The translations under genes and the position numbers were made by a program. A DNA stretch of 64,000 nucleotides. Origin: Phoronis australis. Its lineage: Eukaryota; Animalia; Phoronida. Positions 13,901-26,841 of this stretch are shown piece by piece (position 1 is the stretch's first letter; every line of letters begins with the position of its first letter). The notes beneath the pieces were generated by a model. That model was not told the origin of the DNA. It saw only the letters and a program-made list of their open reading frames with translations, and made no database searches. The stretch lies in assembly GCA_002633005.1 (NCBI GenBank), contig NMRA01000088.1:306186-370185 (forward strand), written 5' to 3'.

Positions 13901-16300
13901 ACTGTGAATAACACTTATCAAAAACAATAAAAGTTGCCAGTGAAATTCAAATTAATATTCGTTTCAAGCATTTTAAGAGTGTACATGCATAATTCTAAGA
14001 ATGTGTGAAAAACTGTGAAATTGAGAAGTGTAAGATCAAACAAATAATGAAAATTTAAACAGGTGTGTGCATATTGGTATCATTTGCGAATTATTAGTAC
14101 AACGGCCATTTCAAATAGTCCAAATTCTGTTATTTGAGACTTGGTGTCCAAGTTAGCTTCCAACTATTGCTGCGGTCAATAACCTAGCTATTGACAGTAG
14201 TTGTATTTTCCATCAGTAAAAATGTTTGAACAGTAAATTTGAAAAGCATCAAGTAACCATCTTCTTCCCAGTGAGAAATATTAACTCTGACATTTTGGAA
14301 TTTTATCTGGAGTCAGCACACAACATTGATTAATTTAGAAACAAGCACAGCCGAGTCACAGGCAATGTGTACACGCGCCATTTTCAAATTCGCAATGTTT
14401 GGGGTTGGTCAACACCAATGAACTTGGAAGCATTGCCTCAAGTTGGTGATGGTTTCATTGATCTTGAAATTGAATCCTATCATGTAAATAAAATTATCAG
14501 ACCAATTTTAAGAGAGAAAAATGCCTAATCCGATTGTTCCATTTTTACTTTAGCTAAACAGGGCGAAATCCAGTTTTAAATCTAAGCGAGTTTCTTAAGT
14601 TTTCAGAACAAACCTAATTCAAATTTAAGAGTTCCATTAGATGGATTTTTTTTAATATTACTTGAAAAATAACACACAAGGTGTACTAAAATTCCAGTCC
14701 AATCTTCAAAATAAATTTTTATGTCATAAAAACAGAAATGTGTCTTTTGAGACCCAACTGCAAGCTACAGCTAGTAGTCGAAGTAAACTCAAAAAGTGCA
14801 AGGAAGCATTTCAATTACAATTTCATTAACTGTAATAGCAAAATAGCGATTAAAATGACAATTTTAATTAGCCATTTTGTCTCCCCTTATAGTGCAATTT
14901 ATTTGACAAGCCAATTACCACCTAGTGAGACCATAAACCATGAGGAGTGTTCATAGTTTTGAGTTGGTAAAGCTGCGGAAAACATTTTGTGTAAACACTC
15001 AGGAATAGTAATGAATACAGAAATTAAAACAGCAATCAAACTCGTATTATAAATGTACCCCAATGCCACAGAACACCAGCTGAGGAATAATGTTACGGTA
15101 ATACCACCTAGTGCTAGGGAATAGAACTAGCTAGTTCCTAATCTGCAAGCAGTCAGGTTTTTAGTATGTAACCATGGCAACTAACACAAGCCAACTTACT
15201 TCTGTTGCTAAGCAATAACCTTACATCAAACCATCCAAACCCTAATGATAATTAAACTGAGTATGAACTTTAACATCAAACTTCTTCTCGGGTCTTTTGT
15301 GGTTTTGTGAGCCATCATGTCAGTTTTGAGTCTTCAGGGCAATAATAACAAGTTCAATATTTACCACACAGCTAAAACTTACCACAGACAAACCAATGCA
15401 CTAAACATTACTGGTCTGATGGATGTGTCATTTAAAACATAAGAAACTTCTAAATTTGATTCTTGTTGAAAGTTTCAGGAAGAAAAATTTACTGAAATAT
15501 ACAATATATGACGAAGGATTCAAATCATTAACACAACAAGAATATATTTTACCTATGCATAGTTGTCAGAAATCAGTCCAGTCACAGAGAAAGCTGTCAG
15601 AGTCTGTAGTGTAACAACAAGTTACTGTGAAACAGTGAGAGTCATGTCCCAAATAAATTCTAGATATCAGATGAAACATGGTCAGCACTCGTGGCCATTC
15701 TAACTTAGCAAACTGGCATCTTTTGAGTTTACATAAAAGTTAGTGAAGAATTCTTCTTCGGTGAAAAAATATGATAAAAACTGGCCACAACGCTTCAATG
15801 GGTTTTGATTTGTTGACAGCAGTTTAGAGTCGATTCGGGTTTATTTTAATATGATTCATTCAGCGGGGTGGATAATTGGCGTTTCCGTCGTGACAATTGG
15901 ACAAAAAACTGAGCTTGGCCATTAACAAAAGTAAGATTGCCGATAAAAGGCTTCCAGTATCATCTGTAATACAGACTAAACAGTAATTAGTTGTAATGAA
16001 AGAAATGGTTTTATTTTCTCAAAAATGAATAGGGACCACAAGCCATCTCATTTTCACTGAAAAATACATCTCTTGATTATCATTGTCATCGGGCGGACAT
16101 ACCAACAAAAATGTATTTAGCATGGCATTTTTGTTGCCTTTCTTTCAGAAATTGGTGCTATCCCCCAGTCTCTGTTGTTTGAGAATAAATAAAACATGCC
16201 GCGTATCAACAGTATTGTTCAACCTATCTTATTATACACAGCTTTCCATTAACTTACCCTTATATCTTAGAGGCGCTTTCTTCCCTCTTCCCTGGCCCAT
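1953..16300 (-). CDS. Unidentified multi-exon protein-coding gene or pseudogene (probably continues past position 1)
   Basis: Phase-compatible AG/GT-bounded exons 8442-8161, 7334-7153, 5615-5543, 3662-3589, 2746-2595, 2057-1953 splice into ~290 open codons. Further candidates: 16300-16258 (GCCATGG start, MGQGRGKKAPLRYK, GTAAGT donor), 11168-11017, 10339-10258, 9625-9483. No family recognised. Confidence 0.5.
3700..5127 (+). mobile_element. HINE/DINE-1-like (Helentron-associated) non-autonomous element
   Basis: 5' near-palindrome ACTTGGCGGAATTC-ttc-GAATTCCGACAAGT; 3' subterminal IR TTCCGCCAAGT followed by hairpin CGCTC-ctcc-GAGCG; internal duplicated blocks. Confidence 0.6.
7705..8038. repeat. 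Interspersed repeat; inverted copy at 61443-61795
   Basis: Shared blocks such as CCAACTGCTGCCTGCTGGTTTGGTAATTG and CTACAACAGCATGGTG match the reverse complement of 61443-61795. Confidence 0.8.
8963..9055. repeat. (GAT/GAG/GAA)n degenerate microsatellite
   Basis: Direct reading. Confidence 0.85.
11495..11800. repeat. (TAC/TAT)n low-complexity tract
   Basis: Direct reading. Confidence 0.8.
11968..12301. mobile_element. Foldback MITE with CAC...GTG termini and 5-bp TSD (Transib-like)
   Basis: Almost wholly palindromic (CACGGGTGAGAAACAACATGACCGC / GCGGTCATGTTGTTTCTCACCCGTG); GTGAT duplicated at 11963-11967 and 12302-12306. Confidence 0.85.
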
Positions 16301-16779
16301 GGCTGACGTAAACCTTAACCAAGATTTCTGAAAGATTAATACATAAAATGTCCAAGTTACTATTATCATGATGCAAGTACACACTAACATATTTGGCGTT
16401 TTGTCACCCCCCAACGTACCGACTCGATCAGTAACACCGGTGTCCCGGCTCTTTAAGGCAGGGTAAGTTACCAGGGCGATGATCGTCAAAATAAACATGA
16501 ATCGAAACTAACATGCGTGAAATTATTTAGAAATATGGCGACATCGCATTGCACTGAATGAACATATTATTACTATTATTACTGAAGCACAGTTCACCGT
16601 CTCACACAACACACGACCGTCGACTGCACTACGACTCTGGTGACTGCGTTATTCGCTGTTACAGAAAATACACCTTGCTGCCATACCTACTTAATCCGAT
16701 TGAATTGCCTCTTGTTATTTTAAGTCGAAGCCTATAAAGAAAAGTTTTACTTTCAAAATGGGCTTTCACCGCTAACACT

Positions 16780-16960
16780 CCTCCTTCCGACCTCCAGAGT
16801 GCGGCACCGGCAGCCGCCTGCACAAGCACGTGTTAGGGGGATTCCAGCGAGGAAATCCCTTACGTCATTTCCGCTCAACCATATAAGGCAGTACCGCCCA
16901 CCTTATTGAGAAAAATGAGGAAGTCAACGTGACGTTTTGAATGAGGGTCGCTGATAAGCC
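16780..16960 (-). promoter_or_regulatory. Probable promoter / 5' end of the unidentified minus-strand gene
   Basis: Locally GC/CpG-rich; CACGTG E-box, TTACGTCA CRE-like site and CCGCCC GC box just upstream of the candidate first exons. Confidence 0.4.
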
Positions 16961-19900
16961 GACCACTCAGGTAACACATAAGGATGGTCTGAGAAATGAC
17001 TAATGCGTGGAATATGTTCCGCGTGCTGTTTACCTGAAGTGTCACGAGGTTACGCAGCATATTGTATTGCGCTATTGAATTTACATCCGCGGTATTGTGA
17101 TGAACGGTGTTGAGGTTAGGGCCCGGGCTATAGAGAATCCGGTTTCAGTATCACGTCTATGATCCGCTTTTTCAACAGAACTCGTGGATTTTGTATTTTA
17201 TTCGTCATGTTAAGAGGAATACAGCCCAACAGATTCTCATGGGCTTCACATATCTACATGTTTGCAATTAACCAATTTGCTTAGTTTACAAACAGGCTTA
17301 CAAGAAAGGCAACCTGGCGTTGCTCCCAACACAACACTTGATCTTTCAACGAGCAGTCAGTGACGAGGCCGACAAAATGTGATTCCCAATGTTTGAACAT
17401 TTTTTTAAAACCCTAATATCTATTTTTTACTTATTAGTGGAATTAGGGAATTGAAACACGACGACGGGCCGGGTAATCTCCGCAAGTTCAGCGTTTCCAT
17501 TGAGGATTTGAATGGATAAACTTTCAAATTTGCAAAGCACACACGTAAAATGACGCAAAATTATGCATATAATCTTGGGAAAATAAGCTGCCTAAAAGTT
17601 TTCGTTACATGATCAGATTCTTTAGTTATCGATCGAAATGTGTTGCATCAGCGCTCGTGAAGAAAAACGAAAACGCAAGGGTTTCGAAATAAGTCGGTCC
17701 ATATTGACCCGTATTGTGATGTTTCTGAGGAATCCACCTGATGTCTGTGGACAATGTGCGTCACTCTTGCTTTGGTATGACAATTAGTCACTCATCAAAG
17801 CGTCACATAAACATCTAAATGGTTCCAGGAACCACGCACCTGAAACTGAAACCCGACACCGTCATGCTCATGCCTGTGTCTTGTGACTAGGAAGGTTGTT
17901 GCTGGTTATTTGGTACAGTTTTACGGGGACTGAAACGACCCTTCTTAAATTTTTGGTAAATTTATCCTGGACGAATACAGGATGGTTTTTCTGTCCGAAC
18001 ACTTACTGAACTTACTATTGATCCCGTACCGTAAACTGCAAGTTAATTTGGCAAATGGTGCCTTGATCTACGTGATTAGCAAATCTCTCCGTAACCATGA
18101 CAATGAAGAAACTGGCCTCCTTGGAGTGATTCCGATAAAGAAACTTTCAATTCAAATATTTTTACAAATAAAAACTACCATTTGAAATCAAGTACTTACT
18201 GCAAGAAACAAAAAGAGACTAACCGAAAAGACAACTGATCGCCGAACTATAAGTCCCAGAAACTAAAAAACCGCAACATGACGCTACATAATCGTATATG
18301 TTAAATATAAAACCATCAATAGGTACCTTTCTGTTGTTTTGGGCACGGAGTGTGTTGTTCGCGTTCATCTGTGGAATATGTTTCCAATTCCGGTAAAAGT
18401 ACGAGAGCTTTCTTCATCTAGCATCAGTGTTTTGTAACAATAGACTAAAGGTATTTTGACCATGTCCGACGCTGAGCACTCGCTTGCAAAAAAATATTCC
18501 ACAGTAGGCGGCCATACTTATCAAAGTAATAAAAATTAACAAGGTACAGAGAATATCTTTGATTTCCCCTTACCTAACAAAAACATCAAAGCCATCAACA
18601 GTTCAAGAAAATGCTTAAAAAGTTTTTTTGTGAATTGGAAAATGGCGCATGTACCCTTGCCTGTGACATTCTTGATAGCTAAGCAGAGGCAAAATGACTC
18701 CTTAAAATTATTTTGCCAGATTGTAAATAAAATGAATTGAGTTACGTGTATGGCTGACTGAACAATGATTTGAAGACAGTCAAGAAATCCTTATTTTTGT
18801 CCAAATAAAAGCCATGCGTCATAAGCGCAGGTCATGCTTATGTTTTATCGAAAATTTTCTAACAAACGCTGTTTTTGACATTCACTTAACTTCCGAGTAT
18901 TGTTGGAGACCTTCCTACTCACCTGGATCCGCCCCATCCTACTCACCTCTAAAACATGGGTTTTATTAATTTAATCAGGAGTTCACGAAAATTTTCTGAG
19001 TTCGATAATTAAAGGGGTTCTGTAGCGTTGAATAATAGGAAGTGTCATCGAAATTTCACAGCGACACTCACTGAACATGATAATATTGGCCACGCTCGTT
19101 CGATGCAAAGTTTGTCCACTTCCGTGTGATGTTATCATGTAGAGTTCTAAATACTAATGCGAATGGCCCTAACCGGGGTAGGTAAGGATGATATTTGTAA
19201 TGAAACAAAACTAAAATCGGAATTTGGCAAGTGAAAAAACTACTTAAATATTTCTCCAGGGTAGGAGTGGTGGTAAAAGTCTATTAATCATCTCTGCTTT
19301 ATTTCTGATATAAAACTTAAATGGTTTCAAATTAGACTATCACATAGAATCATAAGCTGTAATTCTTTTTCATATAACTCTGGAGTGGAGGGCTGGAATA
19401 CATTCAATACAAGCGCTTTTTGAGAGTAATCTGAAAACCCGATTCATCTTTATTGGCTTTGTTCTTGTATAAAACCCTTTAGGCAATCATTCGAATTTTT
19501 TGGAAAAACAACTGTAGTGTTTAATTTGACTCTTTAGATTTTTTGTGATAATTGGGGAACCAGATATTATTAATCTCTTAATTTGTTGAACTAAATTTCA
19601 CATATATAAAGAATTTACTCCCCGGCAGTATAGATCGACTAAAAATAGAAATTCTAGATTAATTAAAGTTCAAAATTTTATTTTTTATAAAAACTGTAAA
19701 TTTATTGAATCTGAAACTAGATGGTATCTTGTAGATTCACTCTTTAGCTAAAAGTCTAGGCATCTGATCTCTGTGTGAATGCGAGGTTTGTATGTGACGT
19801 GAATGGTAATTTTCTTAAGTTGTTGGTGTACAATCCTAACTTGGTGATACAACAATTGTTATATCTTTACTGTAATGTGAATTATGGTTGTACTCTAATA

Positions 19901-22678
19901 AACACTAAGTACGTAAAAAACTTTGGTAAGATTCTAACTACAGTGGGCACGATATTGAAATATTACTGTACTGGCTGAACATTTTACATCTAAATACCAT
20001 CAACAGACACTGCATTAGTCAAAACAGGTATGGCAATCAATCAAAAATTAAGAATGGGCTCAAAATTTCAGCCTGGTTGGGCTCAGAAATAACACTGAAC
20101 TCTATTTCGTCTACTACAGCAGTTTCATTAGGCAATTTTTACGTTAGCAGGATTTGCACGCAAGTGGCCCCAGAAAGCTGCACTGTTCACCCAAGAGTAT
20201 CCAGGTAGTTCTTCGCCCTTTGATAGCATTTTCACGAAAGACGTCGCTCTAGTCTGTTGGCGACTAGTATAATACATACAGTGTTGGCTTACGTAGTAAA
20301 TGCTTTGATAGCGCTATCACAGTTTGGAGGGAGCTAGTCATGGGTTTAGCCGAATGTGTATTGGATGAATTATAGTCCTAAACCAACGCACCTGTTTAGC
20401 GTGCGAGTCAAAGTCAAAGTCAAAGAACAAACAATAAGTAAAGCAAACGACCAAGTACATGACTGTTTTACAACTGAAAAGCAAATATTAGCCATCTTCA
20501 AATTTTTAAAATTGATGCATTATAAGAGAAATTGGCGATTAGGTTTTCTTCAGCAGCGCGACTAACGGACACGTACATTAATTTGGGAAAAGATTAGGAT
20601 GGGTTAGCCACAGTCTGGCTTAAGCTCCCTTAGGCATTGGGGTAACAAAACCCCAAATATTAGCATAGGAGTGGCTGGGCTGAATCCCCCTACAACCCTC
20701 AGCAACAGCGCAACCTGGTGAAGGATGTCAAAATATTAACCTAAGCCTAAAGCAGATCTACGGTAAAAAATTTAGACACCAAAGATTTGACTCAGGTGAA
20801 ACTTTATTTGAAGCACCAAAGTGATGCTTTGCTATGTTCAAGGTCTGAGCCCAACTGCATACAAATTATACAGTGGACAGTATCACGTCACGGTGGCGTA
20901 GTCGAAAAATGCTTTTGAGGTCATGCAACAGTCTAACTTATCCAAGGGCAAGTTTTAAAGCTTTATGCAACCCAGATATATACCATAGCTACCACATGGC
21001 AATGTTTTGAAAAATTGTGAGCATTCGATGTCAGTGAAGACCTTGAAGAATGAATAAAGACGATTTTTGATGCATGTAGTCCATACAAAACAAATTTTAA
21101 ACAAAACAAAATAATGGTTACTGAGTGGCTGATGAAGTGAATGAATTCACTAAAAGACAACACAGTAGGTTTCAAAGAAGTTGCCGCTTTATTGTCAAAA
21201 AAACATTTGCAGCAAATTTCTGACTCCTTTTTCAATCATTGACAATTTTCTGTAAATTTCCTTCAATTTACACTATAAATTCGATAAAAAGAGACAAACA
21301 TCAACAAATTAAATTCATTGTTACCTCTGTTAACATGACGCAAAGCTTCACAATTAGCCCGAGAGCATAGTAATTTCATCTGTACTTAATTCTGGTGAAT
21401 CCCGCTGCGTATTACATCTTAGCGGTATTTATCAACAAAATTCACCACTCTCTTGTTCTTGAAATTACTTAATCTATGTATTCAGTTGTCAGTATCACTA
21501 TTAAATTTGTTCAGAATAAGAAAAAACAGCATAGATTGACGGATCTTTTGAGAATTTCAAAAGATTTTAATAAAAGTTCCATTAAATTAAACACTGGTCA
21601 TTTTTGAAGTTAAATTTTAAACATGAAAATCTGACATGTTTTCTTACTTGAGTTTTGTTATATTACAGGTAACACTGAACTGCAAACAAATCTTATCTAA
21701 GTCTCACACAGATCTTGAAAACCTTCAAAACACACGGAAATACAACACACATTCATCAGTATGCATCTAAAACTTTTCTGGCAATAAAGAGTGCACAAGT
21801 ACTAAACACCAGAAATGATTGAACATCATTATCTAGAATTCCACCACACATGACAGCTGCAAACAAAATTTCATATGGTAGTAGCCATCAGTCGTGACCA
21901 GGAATGACAGGATAGCAGAGTGAATAAGCTATCACATACGGTAGTTGGAATTTTATCTAATACGACTGGTCATTGCCCGTTAACTTTGTTGTAAATGGAA
22001 TTAGGCATGACGCTAAAACATAATTTGGCTTGTTTGCTGTTAGTCGGTAAACCAACCCTTAAGTTCAAATAAAGTAGGAAGTCTGCATAGTGAAGTGTAA
22101 AATCAAGTGCCATACTCATCGCACTCTAATTGCACATCAAACATTAACCTGCAAGCGTCGAAACTGGGATCACGTGAACACATTTTTCAAAGAAATAATA
22201 CAGCGAATACAGCTGCACGGAAATCAAGCGCTTCGAAAGAACTTATTCACTTGAAGATTCGACTTTTACTTTTTGCTTGTCACTTCGTAATTTGCATTTT
22301 TTGGCCTACCAGCGAACTCAGGGACTAAAGCATTCACTGGGCTTATTGGCTGGCATTCGGGTTACTACATGACATCATTACGTCAAAACTAGATCACACA
22401 AAATGGCATACGATTTGATTTGCTTTTGTTCAATGAAATTAAGAAGAGGCGACACATAACTGATAAGTATGTCTGTGGTTTTCGAAACATGTCAAGAGAA
22501 TTTGATTTGGTAAGTACTAACACACTGAACAAGAACTTTCCTCCCATTCTTTTGGTTTATATCCATTCCACCAACAGGTGAAAAGCCCTCTGGTGGACTT
22601 TCAGCTCTGTTTAAGAGCTGAGTATTGACTTGTTTGGTGTATACCAAACAAGTAAAGTCCCATTGTTGAATACTAATT

Positions 22679-23035
22679 CTATGCTTCACCAACAACAGGA
22701 GAAAACTTCTTTTTCCGCTTTCGTTTTCTCTTCTGTTTTTCTCCGTTTTCTTTCTGCACACTACCACCTTGCACTGTTTTCAGTCTCTTCTTTTTGCATG
22801 ATAACGGATTTGGACCTTTTGGGCCTTTCCGTTTTCTTTTCACCGTCCTTTCAGCTTCACCAAACACAGACTTTTTCAAATCTTCCAAATTCTGGTGCTG
22901 TTTATCGGGGACATCAACACTTCTGGTCTCTAAGAGCGAGGCTTCAGATGGCGCCTCAAGGTTGATGGCGTTGAAATCGATGAACACAAGGGGGATACCG
23001 GGTCTCTTTCTCACTCCATTGCTAACTTCTCTGTC
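22679..23035 (-). CDS. UTP23: rRNA-processing protein UTP23 homolog, exon 3 (last)
   Basis: DREVSNGVRKRPGIPLVFI...LEAPS...KRKRKGPKGPNPLSCKKK; CAG acceptor in phase 0; ends TAG. Confidence 0.95.
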   Translation of the reverse strand, partial: DREVSNGVRKRPGIPLVFIDFNAINLEAPSEASLLETRSVDVPDKQHQNLEDLKKSVFGEAERTVKRKRKGPKGPNPLSCKKKRLKTVQGGSVQKENGEKQKRKRKRKKKFSPVVGEA

Positions 23036-23486
23036 CTGTGGTTGGAGGGAAGTAACAACAGATTACTTTAGTGGCAACACGTGACAATGACAAAGATGAT
23101 GAATGATGATGATGAATTCAATAATATAAAATCTCAGATCGTGCCACAGTAAGAAGTTCAAATTTGTGTACAATACTAATTGAAAATTGACATTAATGTT
23201 TGAAAATGAGCTTGATGAAATACTGCACTGTTGTACATAACTGTATGTATTGTTAGGTTACGGAACTTGAATATGACATCAGAGTTATTGAGATTGTTTA
23301 GTTTTCTTATTACACTGAGCTTGAGACAATTACTGATAGAAGACCCGACTGCCACCTGTTGGAAAGACTATCAATTAAGGGTGTTACATATAAATGGAAC
23401 ATTGATTTCAACAGAATATGTCTCAAAGAAAACTTGGCGCCCAAATTCACTCATTTGAAAGTGCAGTATACAAGGTAATGGTCACA

Positions 23487-23570
23487 TACAGGGGTTCCGC
23501 ACTTTAAGAACCAGTTTTCTCCACTGAATAACAGGCATCAAACTGGTTCTTGCAATCCGGGACCCCTGTA
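23487..23570. mobile_element. 84-bp hairpin MITE in UTP23 intron 2
   Basis: TACAGGGGTTCCGC..AAGAACCAGTTT / AAACTGGTTCTT..GGGACCCCTGTA; partial similar copy near 45265-45300. Confidence 0.65.
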
Positions 23571-23961
23571 AGTGAATACGACCGAATGCAATCATCAATC
23601 TAGCACCGAATTTGACGGGCAAGTGGAATTTTATTTTGTCAAAATTCTCAAAAAAATAATCACCAAGAAAACCTCCACATCATCATTATCACTTATTTGT
23701 GCATCTGTCACAAAAACAAAAATTTAGATAAAACTTTGAGCATTTTAACAATATAACTAACCTTTCAAACATACAAAAAGGGCAATTTCTGAAATTCGTT
23801 TTCTGCAAAATTGAAGATTTGACAAAATAAGTGTCCATACCATAGGGGCTGGGTTTCTTTAAGCTAAGAAATCTGTACATTGAACTTGTGTCAGATGTCA
23901 ACAGATTCCGTAGCAATAGACGATCTAAACAAAAATTACGGTAAGTCTCTTCCACGTAAGG

Positions 23962-24088
23962 TGCACGATGATAGATACACGATGATAGATGCAGGATGAT
24001 AGATGCACGATGATAGATGCACGATGATAGATGCATGATGAAAGATGCACGACGATAGATGCACGACGATAGATGCACGATGATAGAT
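23962..24088. repeat. 14-bp minisatellite (TGCACGATGATAGA) x~9
   Basis: Direct tandem copies. Confidence 0.9.
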
Positions 24089-24326
24089 ACTTTAAAGGGG
24101 AAAGCATCCACTTTTGAGTTTACTTTTAGTAAAAATTCAGATTTCTGGATATCTTTGAGAGATATCTCTCCGTGTTCATTATTGTTCTCTTAACAGTACT
24201 ACAACATGGGACAACAGAGAGTGATGTAAACAGCCTTGCAGGTCTTTTGCTGAACCATTCACATTTAAACTTTCTATTGTCCCATGTGCCTATTGCCCTT
24301 TAAGGACAGCCAGTGAACCGTCTCAC

Positions 24327-24469
24327 CTGTGTGGCTATAAACAGCTGGTATTTCTTTGCTTTTCTGGCAATATCCAACAGACATCTGTGGGCTGGAATGA
24401 CCGTTGAATGCTTGCATTTCCAAACATCAAACTGTCGTAGTACCTTTAGTGGCCCATACAGCAAAGACC
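24327..24469 (-). CDS. UTP23: UTP23 exon 2
   Basis: (G)SLLYGPLKVLRQFDVWKCKHSTVIPAHRCLLDIARKAKKYQLFIATQ; CAG acceptor, GTGAGA donor; phases match the neighbouring exons. Confidence 0.93.
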
Positions 24470-25889
24470 CTGACAACATATATGACAGCCATTAAGTTCT
24501 AAATCACAACTACACATGCGTGCACCCAGCCTAAAAATGGGGGGCCTCGAATTTTTGAGAATGTGGACCTTTTACTAAGATTCAGGAGGTACGTTCAGAG
24601 CTATGAATTGTGCATTCGCCGAATTTTGGTAGTTCCTGCCTTTTTGTAAGCTTTTGTCTTGTTTTTTACTTTTTTCAGAGTTTTTGTTTCTCTGAGGTGG
24701 ACCTTTTTTCCCACTTTGCCAAATGGGGGGCTCATTTGAGCCCCCCCTCGTTGCGCACATGTTAAATTTCACTAACCTGCCACATTCAGTTAATACTCTT
24801 TTGAAAAAATTACTCCACAACATTACACTCAACAAGATGTCAGTTCAAAATTACATTCAACAACATGTCAGTTCAACATTACACTCAACAGCATGTCAGT
24901 TCAACATTACACACAACAACATGTTAGTTCAAGACCTCTGAATACTGATTCTAGTTACAGCTTAAACTCGAAACTTCAGTCAAAAGTGACTGACTAATTT
25001 TCTCCAATAAAAATGTGCCTAAATCAGCCCTTAGGAGACTCTCATTGCAAATAATGGATGGGAGGGTGCACAGCACTCAGCGGGCACCCAAGACAAAAAC
25101 ACCCCATGCCAAATGAATTTCGCAAGCTATTATTTAATTCGCGAGATCTATGCGACGGGCATAAGTGCATCGTATGGTAATCGCCTGTGGGACCCTAGCG
25201 CTGTTTACCTTTATTGCATCTTTGTTGAACGTAACAATACAGGCCACATGGACATCGTACGTCATCCTGTTACCGATAAATGCTTACCATTATCATAAAT
25301 TATAAAAAAGAAAAACAAAGTGAACAATAGATACGCCTATCTACCGATATCTATGCGACAAGCTTGCATGCCCTAGTTTCCCGTGGGACATGATAAAAAC
25401 CTTATCCAAGAGAAAGCTGCTTTCACAACTCTCGATCTCCACAGTATTTTAGCATTCCTACTCAAAATTATACTATCAATAGCATGGAAATAACCACTAC
25501 ACATAACACCTGCGGGCAAAATTCGAGTATGTTCAGGTAGAACGGCATGAGAGCTTCTCTTAATCACTTTCAAAAGGACAATTCTCTTTGGCCAATTGGT
25601 TAAGTTACCTAACTTTGGTGCCAGGCCACAGGGGTTGGAACCCTGGCTCGACCAAGAAAATCTAATGACGAGGTCTTTAGCATTGGTACGTTGAATGTCA
25701 AAATGAGGCACACGCTTTCTTACCACCGAGACAAAAAAGAATTCTAAAGCTGAGTAATCCAAGGTGACCCGATCTAGTCTCTACAAGTTTTCATCAAAGT
25801 TCACACTTGGTAACAATGGCGGATGGATGATTCAGCCTCTCTCCCCTCCACCCCCCCCCCTTCATTCTAGTCTAATTACAGGTGCTTAC

Positions 25890-26106
25890 CTAATTCTTCG
25901 CACTCATTCAGGATACACCGTGTGGTAAATAGCTTAACTTCAGAGTCAAAGTATTTGGGCATCTGTTCACGGATGTTTATTTGATAAGACAAAGCAGATT
26001 TACAGAAAGTTCCATCTATTATGATGTTGAATGGAGGTTCAAAACCAAAGTTCGATTTGTAAAATGCCAAAAGTTTTTTGACTCGCTTTTGTCGTTTTAT
26101 CTTCAT
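25890..26106 (-). CDS. UTP23: UTP23 exon 1 (Fcf1/PIN-like domain)
   Basis: MKIKRQKRVKKLLAFYKSNFGFEPPFNIIIDGTFC...TTRCILNECEELG; GTAAGC donor; spliced CDS 717 nt, 238 aa. Confidence 0.96.
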
Positions 26107-26358
26107 TATCAACGCAAATAAAACATTTTAAACATTAATTGCCCAGTGAAACATGAATCGACAATGGAGGCTGACATCTTGAATCTCACAAAGTCTCGTT
26201 TCAAAATCTACTTAGTCTTTAGTTTATTGACGAAATTTCAAACTTTCTTTGCTCACCAAATTAAAGATTAATTGTATTTATAGAACAAGTATTGATATGA
26301 CATGTTTTAACTTAGTCTGAAACAAAAAATTAGGATCTCAAAAAAGACCTTTTCCAAA
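26107..26358. promoter_or_regulatory. Bidirectional promoter and 5' UTRs shared by UTP23 and EIF3H
   Basis: Divergent start codons separated by 252 bp. Confidence 0.8.
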
Positions 26359-26424
26359 ATGGCTTCCTCCTCGCGTGGCGGGCCGAGCGAATCGCCGGTG
26401 ACATATGTTCAAATTGAGGGACTT
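26359..26424 (+). CDS. EIF3H: Eukaryotic translation initiation factor 3 subunit H, exon 1
   Basis: MASSSRGGPSESPVTYVQIEGL; GTAAGT donor; joins VVMKIIKH. Confidence 0.92.
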
Positions 26425-26590
26425 GTAAGTACACAATTTTGAAATTAAACAAGCGGGTCATGAAGAATCGATGTAGGTTGTCCAACTGATACTGTTTTCC
26501 ATGTTTTCATTCATTTCATTGGTATTGATAAGCCCATAGAAAAAATCCATCTGCCACACTGACCCTACACAGCACAGTACTCAGTCTCAG

Positions 26591-26841
26591 TCACAGGCGT
26601 CCTCAGCTTCTGATCGTCTCCAATACACTACATATAATACTACAAGGTATGACACTCCCGACTAGAAATTCCACGGGTGTTTCACTTCAGCCGTCCATAG
26701 CAAATATAAAACTCAATAAATTTACACAAAACAGAGGTTCAACAAACCATGAAGAATTGTTCTTTCTCCCAATACCATTCACGGTGTCCTGTTCCGGCGA
26801 CTTCGTAAGAAATTCGCAGTCAAAGAACAAAAATGTTCACA
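26591..26841 (+). repeat. Interspersed element, also at 27302-27562 and 59837-60092
   Basis: TCACAGGCGTC(C/T)TCAGCTTCTGATC...CACTTCAGCCGTCCATA...AATACCATTCACG shared by all three copies. Confidence 0.85.

Noticed and set aside
23689-24111. 140-aa ORF with HLSSCIYHRAS repeats
   Set aside because: Translation of the 14-bp minisatellite in a UTP23 intron
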